A DNA stretch of 43,108 nucleotides, from NCBI GenBank assembly GCA_029978585.1, contig JAPOJD010000003.1, forward strand, positions 1 through 43,108, in the 5' to 3' direction. The notes beneath the pieces are model-generated. The model was given only the letters and a program-made list of their open reading frames with translations, searched no databases and had not been told where the DNA came from. Position numbers and translations under genes: made by a program. Position 1 is the first letter of the stretch. Every line of letters starts with the position of its first letter. Shown here piece by piece: positions 40,522 through 43,108 of the stretch. The DNA is from Actinomycetota bacterium (GTDB lineage Bacteria; Actinomycetota; Actinomycetes; S36-B12).

Positions 40522-41676
40522 ATGACGGAGTGGGGCACGGCCGGCTTCGAGACCCGCGCGATCCACGCTGGCCAGGAGCCCGACCCGCAGACCGGGGCCG
40601 TCGTGCCGCCGGTGTACCAGGTGTCGACGTACGCCCAGGACGGCGTGGGCGGCCTTCGCGGCGGATACGAGTACTCCCGTAGCGGCAACCCCACGCGAAC
40701 GGCGCTCGAGGAATGCCTGGCCTCTCTGGAGGGAGGTGCCCGCGGCCTCGCGTTCGCGTCGGGTCTCGCCGCGGAGGACACCCTGCTGCGCACCGTCTGT
40801 GCCCCGGGGGCGCACGCGATCATCGGCAACGATGCCTACGGAGGCACCTACCGCCTCTTCGCGCGCATCGCCGAGCCGTGGGGCCTCGAGCACACTCCGG
40901 TCGATCTCACCGACCTCGACGCCGTGCGCCGGGCCGTGCGCCCAGGAGCGACCCGGGTGATCTGGGCCGAGACGCCGACCAACCCGCTGCTCACCGTCGT
41001 CGACATCGCGGCCCTCGCGCAGGTGGCGCACGAGGCGGGTGCGCTCCTCGTCGTCGACAACACGTTCGCGTCGCCGTACCTCCAGCAGCCGCTGGCGCTG
41101 GGAGCCGACGTTGTCGTGCACTCGACGACGAAGTACCTCGGCGGCCACAGCGACGTCATCGGCGGGGCGCTCGTGGTCGCCGATCCGGACCTGGGGGAGC
41201 GGCTGGCCTACCATCAAAACGCCATGGGCTCGGTGCCCGGCCCATGGGACTCGTGGCTCGTCCTGCGCGGCATCAAGACCCTGGGGGTGCGGATGGACCG
41301 GCACTGCTCCAATGCGCGCGAGGTCGTCTCGCTGCTGCTCGACCATCCGCGCGTGACCGAGGTGTTTTATCCCGGCCTGCCTTCCGCCCGCGGTCACGAG
41401 GCGGCAACACGTCAGATGCGCGACTTCGGAGGCATGGTGTCGTTCCGCGTCGCCGGAGGGGAGCAGGAGGCTGTCGACATCTGCGGGCGGACGAAGGTCT
41501 TCACCCTGGGCGAGTCCCTGGGCGGGGTCGAGTCCCTCATCGAGCACCCCGGTCGCATGACGCATGCCTCCGCCGCGGGCAGCCCTCTCGAGGTCCCCGA
41601 CGACCTGGTGCGGCTGTCCGTCGGCATCGAGACGGTCGACGACCTGGTGGCGGACCTGAAGCAGGCACTGGGATGA
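40522..41676 (+). CDS. metB: Cystathionine gamma-synthase/lyase (Cys/Met metabolism PLP enzyme)
   Basis: YSRSGNPTR, ETPTNP, VDNTF, HSTTKYLGGHSD, SLGGVESL and RLSVGIE motifs. Confidence 0.9.
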   Translation: MTEWGTAGFETRAIHAGQEPDPQTGAVVPPVYQVSTYAQDGVGGLRGGYEYSRSGNPTRTALEECLASLEGGARGLAFASGLAAEDTLLRTVCAPGAHAIIGNDAYGGTYRLFARIAEPWGLEHTPVDLTDLDAVRRAVRPGATRVIWAETPTNPLLTVVDIAALAQVAHEAGALLVVDNTFASPYLQQPLALGADVVVHSTTKYLGGHSDVIGGALVVADPDLGERLAYHQNAMGSVPGPWDSWLVLRGIKTLGVRMDRHCSNAREVVSLLLDHPRVTEVFYPGLPSARGHEAATRQMRDFGGMVSFRVAGGEQEAVDICGRTKVFTLGESLGGVESLIEHPGRMTHASAAGSPLEVPDDLVRLSVGIETVDDLVADLKQALG

Positions 41677-43034
41677 GCGACCGGACCGCGGTCTCCATCG
41701 CGGCGGATGTACGCGCGGGTCGCCGTACGGCGGTGTCGGAGGCTGAGGAGTCGCTGGAGCGGATCCGGACGCGGGACGGCGACCTGGAGGCGTTCCAGGT
41801 CGTGCGCGGCGAACGCGCGCTGAGCGAAGCTGCGGACGTCGACGCGCGCCCCGACCGGGCGAGCCTGCCGCTCGCCGGAGTACCCGTGGCCATCAAGGAC
41901 AACGTTCCCGTGGCCGGCGAGCCCATGCGCGATGGGTCGGCGTCGACCGATCCCTCGCCGCGACCGACCGACCATCCCGTCGTGGCCCGCATCCGCGCGG
42001 CCGGAGGAGTGGTCATCGGCATCACCCGCGTGCCTGAACTGTGCGTGTGGGGCGCGACGGACTCCGTCTACGGCGTCACGCGCAACCCCTGGGACCTCGG
42101 CCGCACCCCTGGCGGGTCGAGTGGCGGGTCAGCTGCCGCCGTCGCGTCGGGCATGGTGCCGGTCGCGCACGGCAATGACGGCATGGGCAGCGTGCGCATC
42201 CCGGCGGCGTGCACCGGCCTGGTGGGCATCAAGCCGGGGCTCGGCGTCGTGCCGGCCGAGCTCGGCGAGACCTCGTGGTACGGCCTGTCGGAGAACGGCG
42301 CGCTCGCCACCACCGTCGACGACGCCGCGCTCCTGCTGTCGGTGATGGCGGCCGATCCGTCGCTGGCCGTCGTCACGCCCCCCGATCGCCGCCTGCGCGT
42401 GGCCGTGTCGTTCTCGTCGCCGGTCGCCGGCATCCCGGTCGACCCCGCGTGGGCGGCGGCCGCCGAGTCCGCGGCAGCGATCCTGCGCGCTCAGGGCCAC
42501 GACGTGCGTCGCGCCAACCCGGCGACGAGCCTCGCGGGCAACGCGGCGGCGATCGCTGGGCTCGCGCGCTGGTTCGCGGGCACGGCGCAGGATGCCGATG
42601 ACGTGCCGGATCCCGGGCAGTTGGAGAAGCGAGTCAGGGTGCACGCCCGCGTCGGTCGGGCGCTGCGGCGCACGCCGCTGATGAGCCAGCGGTTGCGCGA
42701 TATGTGGATCGACCATGCGCGCGGGTTCCTCACCGAGTACGACGTCCTCGTCACCCCGGCACTCGCGCAGCCGCCCATCGAGTCGCGTCGCTGGCATGAC
42801 GGCGGATGGGCATCGACCGTGCTCGCCAATGCCCGCTATGCGCCGTTCGCGGCCCCCTGGAATGTCGCTCAGGTCCCCGCCATGGTCGTGCCGATGGGCG
42901 TGCACCCGCAGGCGGGCACCCCGGTTGCCGCGCAACTCGTCGCGGGCCCCGGCCGCGAGGCCCTGCTGCTCGGGGTGGCGTCAGCCCTCGAGGCTGCTCG
43001 GCCGTGGCAGCGCATCGCCCCCGCCTACGCCTGA
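41673..43034 (+). CDS. Amidase signature family protein
   Basis: [22 protein letters not shown] and [12 protein letters not shown] motifs. ATGA overlap with metB. Confidence 0.92.
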   Translation: MSDRTAVSIAADVRAGRRTAVSEAEESLERIRTRDGDLEAFQVVRGERALSEAADVDARPDRASLPLAGVPVAIKDNVPVAGEPMRDGSASTDPSPRPTDHPVVARIRAAGGVVIGITRVPELCVWGATDSVYGVTRNPWDLGRTPGGSSGGSAAAVASGMVPVAHGNDGMGSVRIPAACTGLVGIKPGLGVVPAELGETSWYGLSENGALATTVDDAALLLSVMAADPSLAVVTPPDRRLRVAVSFSSPVAGIPVDPAWAAAAESAAAILRAQGHDVRRANPATSLAGNAAAIAGLARWFAGTAQDADDVPDPGQLEKRVRVHARVGRALRRTPLMSQRLRDMWIDHARGFLTEYDVLVTPALAQPPIESRRWHDGGWASTVLANARYAPFAAPWNVAQVPAMVVPMGVHPQAGTPVAAQLVAGPGREALLLGVASALEAARPWQRIAPAYA

Positions 43035-43108
43035 CTCTCCCGCCCGACCTTGGGTTGAGTGGCGGGGGGTGGTTTCACACTCCTTAGCTTATTTTGGCCT
43101 TCACGGCC

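Noticed and set aside
43035-43108. Compositionally different tail after the amidase stop (possible element end or terminator)
   Set aside because: Too short, at the contig edge and probably low quality; no convincing inverted repeat or ORF.

Overview
High-GC actinobacterial chromosomal window (43.1 kb), almost all conserved core backbone. Gene order matches the region known from Mycobacterium (Rv0991c to Rv1079) and Streptomyces. It runs from the FmdB/Ruc zinc-ribbon gene under a perfect CIRCE box through galU-moeA-moaC-rimJ-like-sepX/glpR-like, tRNA-Ala, pmt, rsmI-metG-tatD-rsmA-ispE, TetR and desaturase, tRNA-Gln, glmU-prs-rplY-pth-cysQ-mfd-mazG, eno-ftsB-DUF501-ppx, lacI, udgB and tRNA-Leu(TAA) to cbs, msrA, metB and an amidase. 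I found no transposase, integrase, phage gene, CRISPR array or clearly new multi-gene system. Small accessory inserts are an ABC exporter plus paired Fluc operon, a six-Cys secreted protein glued to the tRNA-Ala 3' end, and a vapBC plus Ser/Cys proline-racemase-family islet. The best signals are non-coding: a structured 5' leader before a single-domain L25, about 17 leaderless-type promoters (several back-to-back), tandem palindromic operators before the desaturase and vapBC, a tRNA-Ala with a G1-A72 mismatch, and a short-arm tRNA-Leu(TAA). All calls come from motif recognition by eye; no searches were run. Start codons were re-chosen where the ORF track over-extends.
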